A program made the translations under genes and the position numbers. This document shows, piece after piece, positions 31,060 to 39,832 of a DNA stretch of 64,000 nt (within the stretch, counting starts at the first letter, position 1; every line of letters starts with the position of its first letter). Origin of the DNA: Acidobacteriota bacterium (GTDB lineage: Bacteria; Acidobacteriota; Vicinamibacteria; Vicinamibacterales; 2-12-FULL-66-21); the NCBI GenBank assembly GCA_046734955.1, contig JBKPSH010000074.1, forward strand, positions 8,698-72,697, read 5' to 3'. Below the pieces are notes generated by a model that had not been told where the DNA came from, did no database searches, and saw nothing but the letters and a program-made list of their open reading frames with translations.

Positions 31060-32069
31060 GACGCGACGCTCCGCTGCGCCTCGGCGCGCTCCACAACATC
31101 GAGGAACACGTCCTCGAGTGAAGGCTCTACCAACTCGATGGACTCGACGGGAATTCCACGCGCCCGCAACTGCTCCGCAACCGTCGCTGGTTTGAGCGTG
31201 GAGTCCTTCAACACTGCATGCACGGCCGTGCCAAACAGGCTCGTCTTCTCGACCACCGGCATCGCATCAAGCGCCTGCATCGCGTCGGTCGCTCGCGGCG
31301 TCCGCACCTCGACGATCGGCCGGTCCGCGAATACGCGCTTTACCTCTGAAATGGTTCCGATCGCCGCCAGCCGTCCGGCATGAATGAGGGTCACCCGATG
31401 GCAACGTTCCGCTTCGTCGAGATAATGCGTCGTCACGAGGATTGTCACGCCGGAGTTTGCGAGCGCATCGATGAGGCGCCAGAACTGGCGTCGGGATAAC
31501 GGATCGACCCCGCCTGTGGGCTCGTCAAGGAAGAGAATCGCCGGCTCGTGCAGAATCGCGCACCCCAGCGCCAGCCGCTGCCGCCACCCGCCGGCAAGAT
31601 CACGCGCGAGGCTGTGCTCGCGGCCGCGAAGGCCTGCCATCTCGATCACGAACGATCGACGCGCCTCGAGTTGTTCCGGCGTGAGTCCGTACACGCCACC
31701 AAAAAATCGGATGTTCTGATCGACGGTCAGCAGCTCATACAGCGAGAATCGCTGCGACATGTAACCAATCCGCCGCTTGACACCTTCGGGATCCGCCGCG
31801 ACATCAATGCCGCCGACACGTGCGGTTCCCGATGTCGGCCTGAGCAATCCGCACAGCATACGAATCGTCGTCGACTTCCCGGCGCCGTTGCTGCCGAGAA
31901 AGCCAAAGATCTCACCCTTCCGCACTTCGAACGAGACGTCGTTGACAGCGACGAACTGACCGAAGCGGCGGGTGAGATGCTTGACGTCGATTGCAATAGA
32001 CACGGAGTCGTTATTTGCCAAGGGCGCGATCGAGTCGTGCGTCGGCGAGCCGTGCATTCGCGCGAGCAC
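31056..32069 (-). CDS. ABC transporter ATP-binding protein (second ATPase of the operon)
   Basis: Walker A GSNGAGKST, signature LAGGWRQRL, Walker B ILFLDEPTGGVD. The ORF start overlaps the TolC gene by 59 nt. An alternative GTG at 32003 lies 8 nt after the TolC stop. Confidence 0.85.
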   Translation of the reverse strand: MLARMHGSPTHDSIAPLANNDSVSIAIDVKHLTRRFGQFVAVNDVSFEVRKGEIFGFLGSNGAGKSTTIRMLCGLLRPTSGTARVGGIDVAADPEGVKRRIGYMSQRFSLYELLTVDQNIRFFGGVYGLTPEQLEARRSFVIEMAGLRGREHSLARDLAGGWRQRLALGCAILHEPAILFLDEPTGGVDPLSRRQFWRLIDALANSGVTILVTTHYLDEAERCHRVTLIHAGRLAAIGTISEVKRVFADRPIVEVRTPRATDAMQALDAMPVVEKTSLFGTAVHAVLKDSTLKPATVAEQLRARGIPVESIELVEPSLEDVFLDVVERAEAQRSVAS

Positions 32070-33321
32070 GCGTGAGATCCAACTCGGCTTGCAAAACCGC
32101 CAGGTTCGCGTCGAGCACGTCGGTGTTGGTGACGACTCCGGCGCGGTATCGCTCCATCACGACGCGCTGCGCTTCCACCGCGCTGTGAACCCCATCCTGA
32201 GCCGCATCGATTGCCGCGCGGCTCGAGTCGACTTCGAGCCGGCGCTGCTGCACTTCGAACGACACCTGTCGATCGAACTCCGCCGTGCGTGCTTTGATCG
32301 CCTGCGACGCGGCGACGGTTTCGGCAAGTTGCGCGCGGCGGCGGCCGCCGTCCCACAACGACCAGCTCAAGTTCAGGGAGGCGTCCCACGAGTCGTGCCA
32401 TTCGGCGACGCGAGGAAAGACGCGAGCGTTGGGTCGAGCGTAGTCGTAGCCGGCGTTGACGCCAACCTGTGGCCGCGCATCTGCCTCCACCGCTGCCTCG
32501 CGGGCCCGTGATGCTTCCAGGCGGTCCTCCAGTGCCCGGCGTTCCGCCCGCTGCGCACGCGCCTCGGTCAACAGACCATTGAGCGTCGTGGTCGATGCCA
32601 CCCGTTCTTCGAGCGCCGCAATCGGCTCGATTCGCTCTAGCGTGTCGATGCCAATCAAGCGTCGAAGATCGGCTTCGGACACGCCGCGGATGTTGGTGGC
32701 TTCGATTGAGAGGAGGCGCTCTCGCGATTGCTGCGCTTCAGCGGTCAGGACTTCGTTCGGAGCGATGAGCCCTTGTTCGAGCTGCCTACGAAGATCGGTC
32801 ACGTGCGCCCCGATCGTATCGAGGGATCGCGCGAGCACGCGCTCAGACTCGATCGCGGAGACCAGCGCCCAGAAGGCGCGTGTAATCTCGAGTCGCAGGT
32901 CCGATCGCGCGGCCACAATGTCTTCTTCGCTGGCCTTGCGCTCGGCCGTGGCGACGCGTTCGAGTGCATCAGTGCGGCCGGCCGAATACACCGGCCACGC
33001 CAGATCGAGACGCGCGCGATAGTTGTCGGGCACGTCGGGATAAACCACAATGACCCCCTGTCCCGGCTGCACGATCCTGAATTCCTCAACGTGATTCGTG
33101 CGCGTGTAGTTCGCAAGGATCGACAGTGACGGCATCGATGCCGCATCGCGCCCTGCCTCGGCCGCGGCGGCGCCTTCCTTGCGCGCCTGCAGCTCTGCGA
33201 GCCGGTGACTGTTGGCAAGCCCGCGCGCAATCGCTTCGTCGAGCGTCAGCCGCAGCGGTTCCTGCGCCGCAGCGCTGTGCGGTATCAAACACAGTAAGAC
33301 GAGCCCGACGGTGCGTGTCAT
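32011..33321 (-). CDS. TolC family outer-membrane efflux protein
   Basis: 436 aa with a signal peptide. Duplicated coiled-coil/beta architecture with typical TolC-family sequence (LTLDEAIARGLANSHRL...). ATGA overlap with the upstream ATPase stop. Confidence 0.8.
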   Translation of the reverse strand: MTRTVGLVLLCLIPHSAAAQEPLRLTLDEAIARGLANSHRLAELQARKEGAAAAEAGRDAASMPSLSILANYTRTNHVEEFRIVQPGQGVIVVYPDVPDNYRARLDLAWPVYSAGRTDALERVATAERKASEEDIVAARSDLRLEITRAFWALVSAIESERVLARSLDTIGAHVTDLRRQLEQGLIAPNEVLTAEAQQSRERLLSIEATNIRGVSEADLRRLIGIDTLERIEPIAALEERVASTTTLNGLLTEARAQRAERRALEDRLEASRAREAAVEADARPQVGVNAGYDYARPNARVFPRVAEWHDSWDASLNLSWSLWDGGRRRAQLAETVAASQAIKARTAEFDRQVSFEVQQRRLEVDSSRAAIDAAQDGVHSAVEAQRVVMERYRAGVVTNTDVLDANLAVLQAELDLTRARANARLADARLDRALGK

Positions 33322-34277
33322 GGTTCTCTCAGCGGATCAGAAGTAGAGGCCACCCGCGTCGTGGCGGTAATGAGGTCGATGAAGACGTCTTCAAGCGATG
33401 CCGCGATCGGACGAACCGACACGGCGGACGCGCCCGCCCGCTCGAGCGCCTGAGCGATGGCCCTCGCTGCCTCAGCCGGTTGCTGGTCACGTAAGCGAAC
33501 GTGGGCACGATCTCCAAACGACTGCACGTCCGCGATCCCGGGAATCGATCGCAGGACGTCGAGCGGTGGGCGTCCGCCTCGCACACTGACTTCCACCAGT
33601 TGCCCGTCGAGATGACCCTGCAACTGTTGTGGACGATCGACCGCGAGCAGCTGCCCATCATGGAGCAAGGCAACGCGGCTACACCGCTCCGCCTCGTCCA
33701 GATACGGCGTCGACATCACAATCGTGAGACCACGCGACAGAAACTCCGAGAGCAGTTTCCAGAATTCCCGCCGCGACACCGGATCCACACCGGTGGTTGG
33801 TTCGTCGAGCAGCAGGATCTTCGGTTCGTGAACGAGCGTGCAGGCGAGCGCGAGCTTCTGCTTCATCCCACCCGAGAGGCGATCCGCTCGTCTTGATCGG
33901 AACGGTGAAAGCTGCGTCATTTCAAGCAGTCGGTCGCGCGCGGGCTCATATCGGCGGACGCCGTGAATCTCGGCAAAGAACCCGATGTTCTCGTCGATTG
34001 AGAGATCGCCGTACAGTGAGAACCGTTGCGAGAGGTAACCAAGATCCGCCGTCACCGCTCGATGCTGCTTCACCGGATCGTGACCAAGTACTCGAATCTC
34101 GCCGGTATCGGCGTGCAAAAGCCCGCACGCCATTCGAATCGACGTCGTCTTCCCGGCGCCGTCCGGTCCAATGAGGCCGAACATCTCCCCTCGCTCAATC
34201 GTCAGCGACAGTTGGTCGACGGCAGTCAGTTCGCCGTACCGTTTCGTCACGCGGTCAAAGGAAATGGCGGCTTCCAT
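33318..34277 (-). CDS. ABC transporter ATP-binding protein (first ATPase of the operon)
   Basis: Walker A GPDGAGKTT, signature LSGGMKQKL, Walker B ILLLDEPTTGVD. Confidence 0.85.
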   Translation of the reverse strand: MEAAISFDRVTKRYGELTAVDQLSLTIERGEMFGLIGPDGAGKTTSIRMACGLLHADTGEIRVLGHDPVKQHRAVTADLGYLSQRFSLYGDLSIDENIGFFAEIHGVRRYEPARDRLLEMTQLSPFRSRRADRLSGGMKQKLALACTLVHEPKILLLDEPTTGVDPVSRREFWKLLSEFLSRGLTIVMSTPYLDEAERCSRVALLHDGQLLAVDRPQQLQGHLDGQLVEVSVRGGRPPLDVLRSIPGIADVQSFGDRAHVRLRDQQPAEAARAIAQALERAGASAVSVRPIAASLEDVFIDLITATTRVASTSDPLREP

Positions 34278-34283
34278 GGCTCG

Positions 34284-35297
34284 CTACTTCGGCAACTCGG
34301 CTTCGACCGGCATGCCAGGTTTGAGCACACCGTCGCGATTGTTGGTGCTCACCTTGATGCGGTAAACGAGCTTCGATCGTTCCGCCGCGGTTTGAACGTT
34401 GCGAGGCGTGAACTCCGCCTTCGGTGAGATGAACGTGATGCTGCCCTGCAGGCGTTGTCCGGCATCAGTGACGAGCGCCACGGCCTGCCCGAGCCGCAGC
34501 CGCGGCACAACTGGTTCATCGACATAGACGTTCGCCCACGCATGATCGAGATCGGTGATCGCTACGACGGGCGTCCGCGGGGCGATCGTTTCACCGGCAT
34601 CAGCCAGCTTGGCGGTCACGATGCCGCCAACTGGTGAGGTCAACACCGCGTCGGCCACGTTCTTTCGCAAGGCAGCTATCTGCGCGTCGGCTGCAGCCAC
34701 CCGCGCCCGACCGCCGGCAATCTCTTCAGGGCGCGCGCCGGCGCGCAGGCGGGCGACGGCTTCATTCGCCGCCCGCGTGCGTTCGCGCGAGGCATTGACA
34801 CGCGCCGCGGCCACATCGCGTCGTGTCGCAGCATCGTCACGCTGTTTGCGCGAACCGGAATTGGATTGGAGCAGCGCCTCAAAGCGCTGCAGGTCGGCCG
34901 TCGCGGACTGAAGTTCCGATTCCGCGGCGACGACCTCGGCCTGCGCCGACTCGGCCTGCGCGCGCGCCTGGCGAATGTCCTCAGCGCGCGCCCCTGCCTC
35001 GAGCAGTTTGAGAGCGGCCACGGCTTGATCGCGATCCGCTTCGGCCCGCCGCAGCGCGATCTCCGTGTCGGCCGTATCGAGCTTGGCGATCAGTGCGCCT
35101 GCTGCGACGCGATCGCCTTCGGCGACGGCAACCTCGATCAGTCGTCCGCCGACTTGCGGAGCGACGCGCACATCGGTCGCTTCGACGTAGCCCGACGCCC
35201 GTTCGGCATTCTCCTGCGCGCGACCGCCGCACGCCGCGGCCGCCGCAGCGGCCGCGACGACGGTGACGAGGTGCCATCCCCGAAAGCCGATGCTCAT
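34284..35297 (-). CDS. HlyD family periplasmic adaptor (YbhG-like)
   Basis: 337 aa. N-terminal anchor, barrel-sandwich motif VAPQVGGRLIEVAVAEGDRV, and a long Ala/Arg coiled-coil hairpin. Confidence 0.8.
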   Translation of the reverse strand: MSIGFRGWHLVTVVAAAAAAAACGGRAQENAERASGYVEATDVRVAPQVGGRLIEVAVAEGDRVAAGALIAKLDTADTEIALRRAEADRDQAVAALKLLEAGARAEDIRQARAQAESAQAEVVAAESELQSATADLQRFEALLQSNSGSRKQRDDAATRRDVAAARVNASRERTRAANEAVARLRAGARPEEIAGGRARVAAADAQIAALRKNVADAVLTSPVGGIVTAKLADAGETIAPRTPVVAITDLDHAWANVYVDEPVVPRLRLGQAVALVTDAGQRLQGSITFISPKAEFTPRNVQTAAERSKLVYRIKVSTNNRDGVLKPGMPVEAELPK

Positions 35298-35953
35298 GCT
35301 GTTTTTCCTTGTAACGCCATCAATGCCAGGTGCTGCACGTGCGCGACGACTTCATTCCGGGAAACCATCGCCGCGCCGGGTACTCCGGCGGTCGCGAGCC
35401 GACGCCGCAACTGCGCGCTCGCGAAATATAGAAGCAGCGGTCCGACGACGCCGGCGTGTACGAGGATTGGATTGACGGCACGAAAACGCCCCGACTCAAT
35501 TCCTTCGTGAAGGATGCGGCCGAGCGCGGTAATGACTTTCCGAATGTGAACGATGGTCGCCGCATCCAGGTGTGTGCCGTTCTCCGCGATTTCGCGAAAC
35601 CAGATCGGGGGGAAATGCGGCCGCGCCTCGGCTTCAATCGCAATCGCCTCGACGAAAGCGCGAACCTTGACGTCAGCATGGGAGTCCATCCGGCTCGCTT
35701 CCTCGACGCGCACCGCCACCGCTTCAAACATGTCGCGCAGGATCTCGCGATAGAGCGCGGCCTTGCTGGTGAAGTGGTAATAAATCATCGCCTTGTTGAC
35801 GCGGGCGGCGCGCGCGATGCGATCGACATTGGCGCCGGCGAATCCGCGTGCCGCGAACTCGGCCGCGGCAGCCTTGACGAGACGCCGTCGCGAGGCGGCA
35901 CTCCGATCCTGCTGCCGCCGGCGACCGCTATGCCGCGCCCCTGATCGATCCAT
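35294..35953 (-). CDS. TetR/AcrR family transcriptional regulator (first gene of the efflux operon)
   Basis: ORF track 35294..35959 (TTG). ATG at 35953 is preferred. HTH region RRRLVKAAAAEFAARGFAGANVDRIARAARVNKAMIYYHFTSK. Confidence 0.85.
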   Translation of the reverse strand: MDRSGARHSGRRRQQDRSAASRRRLVKAAAAEFAARGFAGANVDRIARAARVNKAMIYYHFTSKAALYREILRDMFEAVAVRVEEASRMDSHADVKVRAFVEAIAIEAEARPHFPPIWFREIAENGTHLDAATIVHIRKVITALGRILHEGIESGRFRAVNPILVHAGVVGPLLLYFASAQLRRRLATAGVPGAAMVSRNEVVAHVQHLALMALQGKTA

Positions 35954-35960
35954 AAACAAA

Positions 35961-35976
35961 TTAACTGGTTAGTTAA
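35961..35976. promoter_or_regulatory. Candidate TetR operator: TTAACT-GGTT-AGTTAA inverted repeat
   Basis: AT-rich 6+4+6 palindrome 8 nt upstream of the TetR ATG, in an otherwise GC-rich region. Confidence 0.45.
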
Positions 35977-36013
35977 TATCTTACGTCCGATTCTACGCCC
36001 GGCCGGGTCCAGC

Positions 36014-36241
36014 GTGTCAAGCACTCGCTCCCTTCCCTGCTGCGGTTTGACGCTCGGAACCCGTACAACCAGCCCACAGATAACCCCACAGTCAGAATAT
36101 CGAACGATAGTCGTGACACCGAGTGCACCGCTGCAGCCAGGTACGCAATATCAGTTCGGTGTTTATTACTGGAATACCGATCTGGCAGGCAACGCGTACG
36201 CGTCATCAGTTGCGATCAGCTTCACCACGGCGACGCAGTGA
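36014..36241 (+). pseudogene. Orphan C-terminal fragment resembling an Ig-like (SbsA/Big-type) surface-protein domain
   Basis: The 75-aa ORF ends ...VVTPSAPLQPGTQYQFGVYYWNTDLAGNAYASSVAISFTTATQ, the pattern of Ig-like domains of large surface proteins. It has no upstream coding partner, signal peptide or RBS. Confidence 0.3.
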
Positions 36242-36326
36242 ATCAAAGACGCGAACGAGCGTCAGCGAATGAGCCTCGCGAGCGAAGTGGGGCGCTGGCC
36301 CCCGCGAGCGAGCGAGTAAGGGGGTT

Positions 36327-36345
36327 CGGGGGACGAAGTCCCCCG
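36327..36345 (-). terminator. GC-rich hairpin directly after the cytochrome c stop
   Basis: cgggggac-gaa-gtcccccg: 8-bp stem with a 3-nt loop, 1 nt from the stop at 36347-49. No U-tract. Confidence 0.4.
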
Positions 36346-36346
36346 A

Positions 36347-37321
36347 TTAATGTAAGGACGCCACGTACGCCGAAAGATTCAGCATGTCCTCCTGCGACAG
36401 CTTCGCCACGACCTGTTTCATCAGCGGTGACCAGAGGCCCTTGCGGGTCCCCTGCTGAATATCCCACAGCTGACGCATGATGTAGCTGGGCGACCGTCCG
36501 GCAACGCCGGGCATGGGTCCGAGGCCGTTCAGATCCTGTCCGTGACAGACGTTGCACGGCAACGTCTTGTTACCACCGCTCGAAGCGAGCGCCGCCCCCT
36601 TCGCAATGCTCCCACGTGGCGCGTAGGCGACGAACCCGGAATGTGGATCGCGCAGCTCGAACCTTTCGGCATCCTCGGGCGTTTCGACGATGCGGTTGCC
36701 GAGCGGCTCGGTGCCACCGTCGGCAATCGGGAAAAACACATTGCCGGCGATCCGCATCTTAGGAATGGTGTCGGTCTCGACGACGCGAACCCACGGCGTG
36801 TACTTGAGAGACGCGATGTACTCGGCTGCCGCCTTGATCTCCTCGTCGGTCATCGCCTTTGCCGCCTGAATCATCTGCGTCGTGTTGGTCTTCCGCACAT
36901 CGGCACTCGCCCGCAGATCGTTCTTGAAGTCCGCGAGCTGCTGCACCACATACGCGTACGGAAGCCCCGCGATCGGCGCGTTCTCGGGGCGCCCTTTGCC
37001 GTTCGGCATGTGGCACATGCCGCAACCTCTCACATCCGGCGCCCGACCGTGCACGAAGACCTCCGGCATCGGCGGATGTTCGCTCGGAAACCAGTCAGCG
37101 ACGTGAAAGAAGTCGCGCAACTCGGCAACCGTGAACGCCTGTGTGCTGTCGGGAATATGTTTCGGCGAGGGATCGGGCGGGCGCGGCCCGCCTCCTCCGG
37201 CAGGCGGGGTGTTTGGGACGCCATACGCCCAGTCTGGCGATTTGACTGGCGCGTCTTGAGCGATGACCAGCGCCGTGTAAGTCAGAGCCGCGAGAGAGAG
37301 TGCAACGGATGAACTGCGCAT
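36347..37321 (-). CDS. Diheme c-type cytochrome
   Basis: ORF track to 37360. ATG 37321 gives the signal peptide MRSSSVALSLAALTYTALVIAQ and avoids overlap with the upstream gene. Two CxxCH motifs (CGMCH, CNVCH). Confidence 0.8.
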   Translation of the reverse strand: MRSSSVALSLAALTYTALVIAQDAPVKSPDWAYGVPNTPPAGGGGPRPPDPSPKHIPDSTQAFTVAELRDFFHVADWFPSEHPPMPEVFVHGRAPDVRGCGMCHMPNGKGRPENAPIAGLPYAYVVQQLADFKNDLRASADVRKTNTTQMIQAAKAMTDEEIKAAAEYIASLKYTPWVRVVETDTIPKMRIAGNVFFPIADGGTEPLGNRIVETPEDAERFELRDPHSGFVAYAPRGSIAKGAALASSGGNKTLPCNVCHGQDLNGLGPMPGVAGRSPSYIMRQLWDIQQGTRKGLWSPLMKQVVAKLSQEDMLNLSAYVASLH

Positions 37322-37334
37322 GAGGATGAATACG

Positions 37335-38078
37335 CTACAGCAACTTGGCCAATCGCGCATAGCCCGCCCGGCTGACCGGCAGCTTGACGGCGTCTCTGAG
37401 GATCGCGACGCGGCTGTCCTTGGCGTACAGCTCGACGCGTGCGATCCGTTCGATGTTCAGCAGATACGATCGATGGATGCGAACGAAGCGCGCGGGATCA
37501 AGCAGAGCCTCGACGGCAGCAAGCGTCTGATCCTTGAGATACGACTTGCCGTCGGCATGGAACGCGACGTAATCGTCCTGCGCCTCGACGTAATCGATTT
37601 TCTCGATCGGCAGCACATGGACCTTGGAACCGTCGCGGATCAGCACGCGCTCGAGCGGTGTCCGCTTCGCCCGAGTCTCGTCGACCAGCGCCTCCACTGG
37701 CATCGCCTCACGCGCCGCAAGCCGCTCGCGCGCGCGCGCCAGCGCCTCGGCAAATCGCTCGGCACTGAATGGCTTCAGCAGGTAGTCAATCGCATGGACC
37801 TCGAAGGCACTGAGCGCGTACTGGTCGTACGCGGTGGTGAAGATCACCGGCACCGATCGCCCAATGAGTTCCAGTACTTCAAACCCACTGAGCTTTGGCA
37901 TCTGCACATCGAGGAACATCAAATCGGGCGACAGCTCGGCCACCGCCTTGACCGCTTCGAAGCCGTTCGCGCATTCGGCAACGATCTCGACTCCCGGGTG
38001 GGCGCGGACGTATTCGCGCACCACGGCCCGCGCCAGCGGCTCATCGTCAACGACAACGACGCGAAGGGAATCGGTCAT
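37335..38078 (-). CDS. LytTR family two-component response regulator
   Basis: ORF track to 38117. ATG 38078 forms an ATGA overlap with the kinase stop. Receiver domain (VVVVDDEPLAR...LMFLDVQMPKLSGFE) plus a C-terminal LytTR domain (FVRIHRSYLLNIERI). Confidence 0.85.
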   Translation of the reverse strand: MTDSLRVVVVDDEPLARAVVREYVRAHPGVEIVAECANGFEAVKAVAELSPDLMFLDVQMPKLSGFEVLELIGRSVPVIFTTAYDQYALSAFEVHAIDYLLKPFSAERFAEALARARERLAAREAMPVEALVDETRAKRTPLERVLIRDGSKVHVLPIEKIDYVEAQDDYVAFHADGKSYLKDQTLAAVEALLDPARFVRIHRSYLLNIERIARVELYAKDSRVAILRDAVKLPVSRAGYARLAKLL

Positions 38079-39130
38079 GCTGATCGCTCCACCGGCAGTG
38101 TCAGCTCGACTCGCCACATTTCGTCCACTTCTGTCGACGACACTCGAGCAAGGTCACCGTACACGGCAAGGAGACGGGCGCGCACGTTCGCCAGTCCGAC
38201 GCCGGTGCCGGTGCGCCGCGGACGATCCGCATCGCACGGATTCTCAACCACGATCTTCAACGTCGTCTCTGCCACTGAAGTTCTGATCGCGATCAGGCCG
38301 CCGTCAAGTACATGAGCTACCCCGTGGGTCACGGCGTTCTCAACCAGCGGTTGGAGCAGCAAGGGCGGCACCAGGACCGCACCGTCGGTGGGGATGGCGA
38401 CGCTGACACGCAAGCGGTCACCGAACCTCACCTGCTCGATCTCGAGGAACCGCTCGGCGAGCTTGAGCTCACGGGCAAGCGTAATACGATCTTCCGATCC
38501 GAGCGCGAGACTGTCGCGGAAGAAATCTCCGAGCAGCACGCACATGCGGCGCGCGGCCGCCGGATCCGCGGTGGTCAGCGCGCTGATCGAATGCAGACTG
38601 TTGAACAGGAAGTGAGGATCGATTTGAGCTCGAAGCGATCGAAGTTCCGCTTCGCGCGCGTGCACTTGCGCTTCCAGTCCGCGCCGCTCCGCCTGCCGTG
38701 ACATCTCGAAGGCCGCGAGCAGATAACTGATCGCAAGCGACAGCAGATAGAGCAGCACGCCGTAGCCGAAGATCAGCGGCCGCACCGCCACAAAGACGCG
38801 GGCCGGCGCGATCTCGCTCCCTCGGGTGAAGATTTCGAGCCAGCCGCGCGCGACGACGAGCCATATCGCGCTGGAGATGACCGACGAGCTCAGCGCCGTG
38901 ACCATGAGCCGCACTGGACCAGTGGGCCCGATTGGTGTGCTGCGCGCGACGTACCAGGCGGACAGACAAAAGAATGCGTAGGCGAGAGCGATCGGCAGCG
39001 CGATCGCCAGCGCCGCGAACGGGGTCAGTCCGCCGGCCGCCACGAGAAACGCGGCAAGCGATAGTCCGATGAATGTCCAGACAGCAAGATACAGCGCAAG
39101 ACGGCTCGCTCGCGCGAGGATCGGATGCAT
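38075..39130 (-). CDS. Sensor histidine kinase, LytS/YehU-type (His_kinase + HATPase_c)
   Basis: N-terminal multi-TM region. Phospho-acceptor box QIDPHFLFNSLHSISAL. ATPase motifs LLLQPLVENAVTHG and GTGVGLANVRARL. Confidence 0.85.
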   Translation of the reverse strand: MHPILARASRLALYLAVWTFIGLSLAAFLVAAGGLTPFAALAIALPIALAYAFFCLSAWYVARSTPIGPTGPVRLMVTALSSSVISSAIWLVVARGWLEIFTRGSEIAPARVFVAVRPLIFGYGVLLYLLSLAISYLLAAFEMSRQAERRGLEAQVHAREAELRSLRAQIDPHFLFNSLHSISALTTADPAAARRMCVLLGDFFRDSLALGSEDRITLARELKLAERFLEIEQVRFGDRLRVSVAIPTDGAVLVPPLLLQPLVENAVTHGVAHVLDGGLIAIRTSVAETTLKIVVENPCDADRPRRTGTGVGLANVRARLLAVYGDLARVSSTEVDEMWRVELTLPVERSA

Positions 39131-39136
39131 TACGGA

Positions 39137-39832
39137 TTAGTTCTTGATCTCCACGCCACCCATGATCACCAGTCCGCGCACCAGCAGCCGCTGGTTCGAC
39201 GCGTCACGCACAGCCCGGGTCTTGTCTTCGTATCCCCCGAGGATCGGCGTCACGCGCCCCGAGACGCTCCAGTTCTCAGGAACCCTAATCTCTATTCCGC
39301 CCCACATCGCGAAGACATCGATCACGGCTTCACCTTCGATCGCCGCCTGCCGGAGATCAATCTGGCATCCGCCGAGCACAGCCGTGATGTCGCCGCCACG
39401 AAACGTCTTCGAACTGTTGCCACGATTGACTCCCGACAATACGGCCATCGCACTCACAGTCGAATGAGAATCGCCAATGGCTCGTCCACTCCCTTGCCCA
39501 TACATGCCGCGCCACACCATGGATGCGCCGGCAAACACGAGGAGCATGGGCCACAGACTCCACAAGCTGACCGTGACGATGCCCATTCCCTGCAGCAGCA
39601 GCCACCCGCCCGCGAACGTGAAGATGGAGCCGCTCAAGATTCGGCACCCGCTTCCCTGCCAGAGTTGCAGCAGCCCGACGGCGATGAGTGCCACCGGCCA
39701 GTAGCGGAGATATTCCTCGGTATCGAGGAACCCGAGATTCTCGAGCGTGAACAGCAGACCGATGACGACGATCAGCACGCCCATCACGAGCTGCGGTGCG
39801 ATCTGACGCGCGGGCTGCGGACCGTCCATCAT
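39137..39832 (-). CDS. LiaF-like cell-wall-active-antibiotic response protein (N-terminal TM region + DUF2154-type beta domain)
   Basis: 231 aa. TM helices LVMGVLIVVIGLLFTLENLGF... C-terminal repeats of the type VLGGCQIDLRQA...VFAMWGGIEIRVPENW...VIMGGVEIK. Confidence 0.7.
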   Translation of the reverse strand: MMDGPQPARQIAPQLVMGVLIVVIGLLFTLENLGFLDTEEYLRYWPVALIAVGLLQLWQGSGCRILSGSIFTFAGGWLLLQGMGIVTVSLWSLWPMLLVFAGASMVWRGMYGQGSGRAIGDSHSTVSAMAVLSGVNRGNSSKTFRGGDITAVLGGCQIDLRQAAIEGEAVIDVFAMWGGIEIRVPENWSVSGRVTPILGGYEDKTRAVRDASNQRLLVRGLVIMGGVEIKN

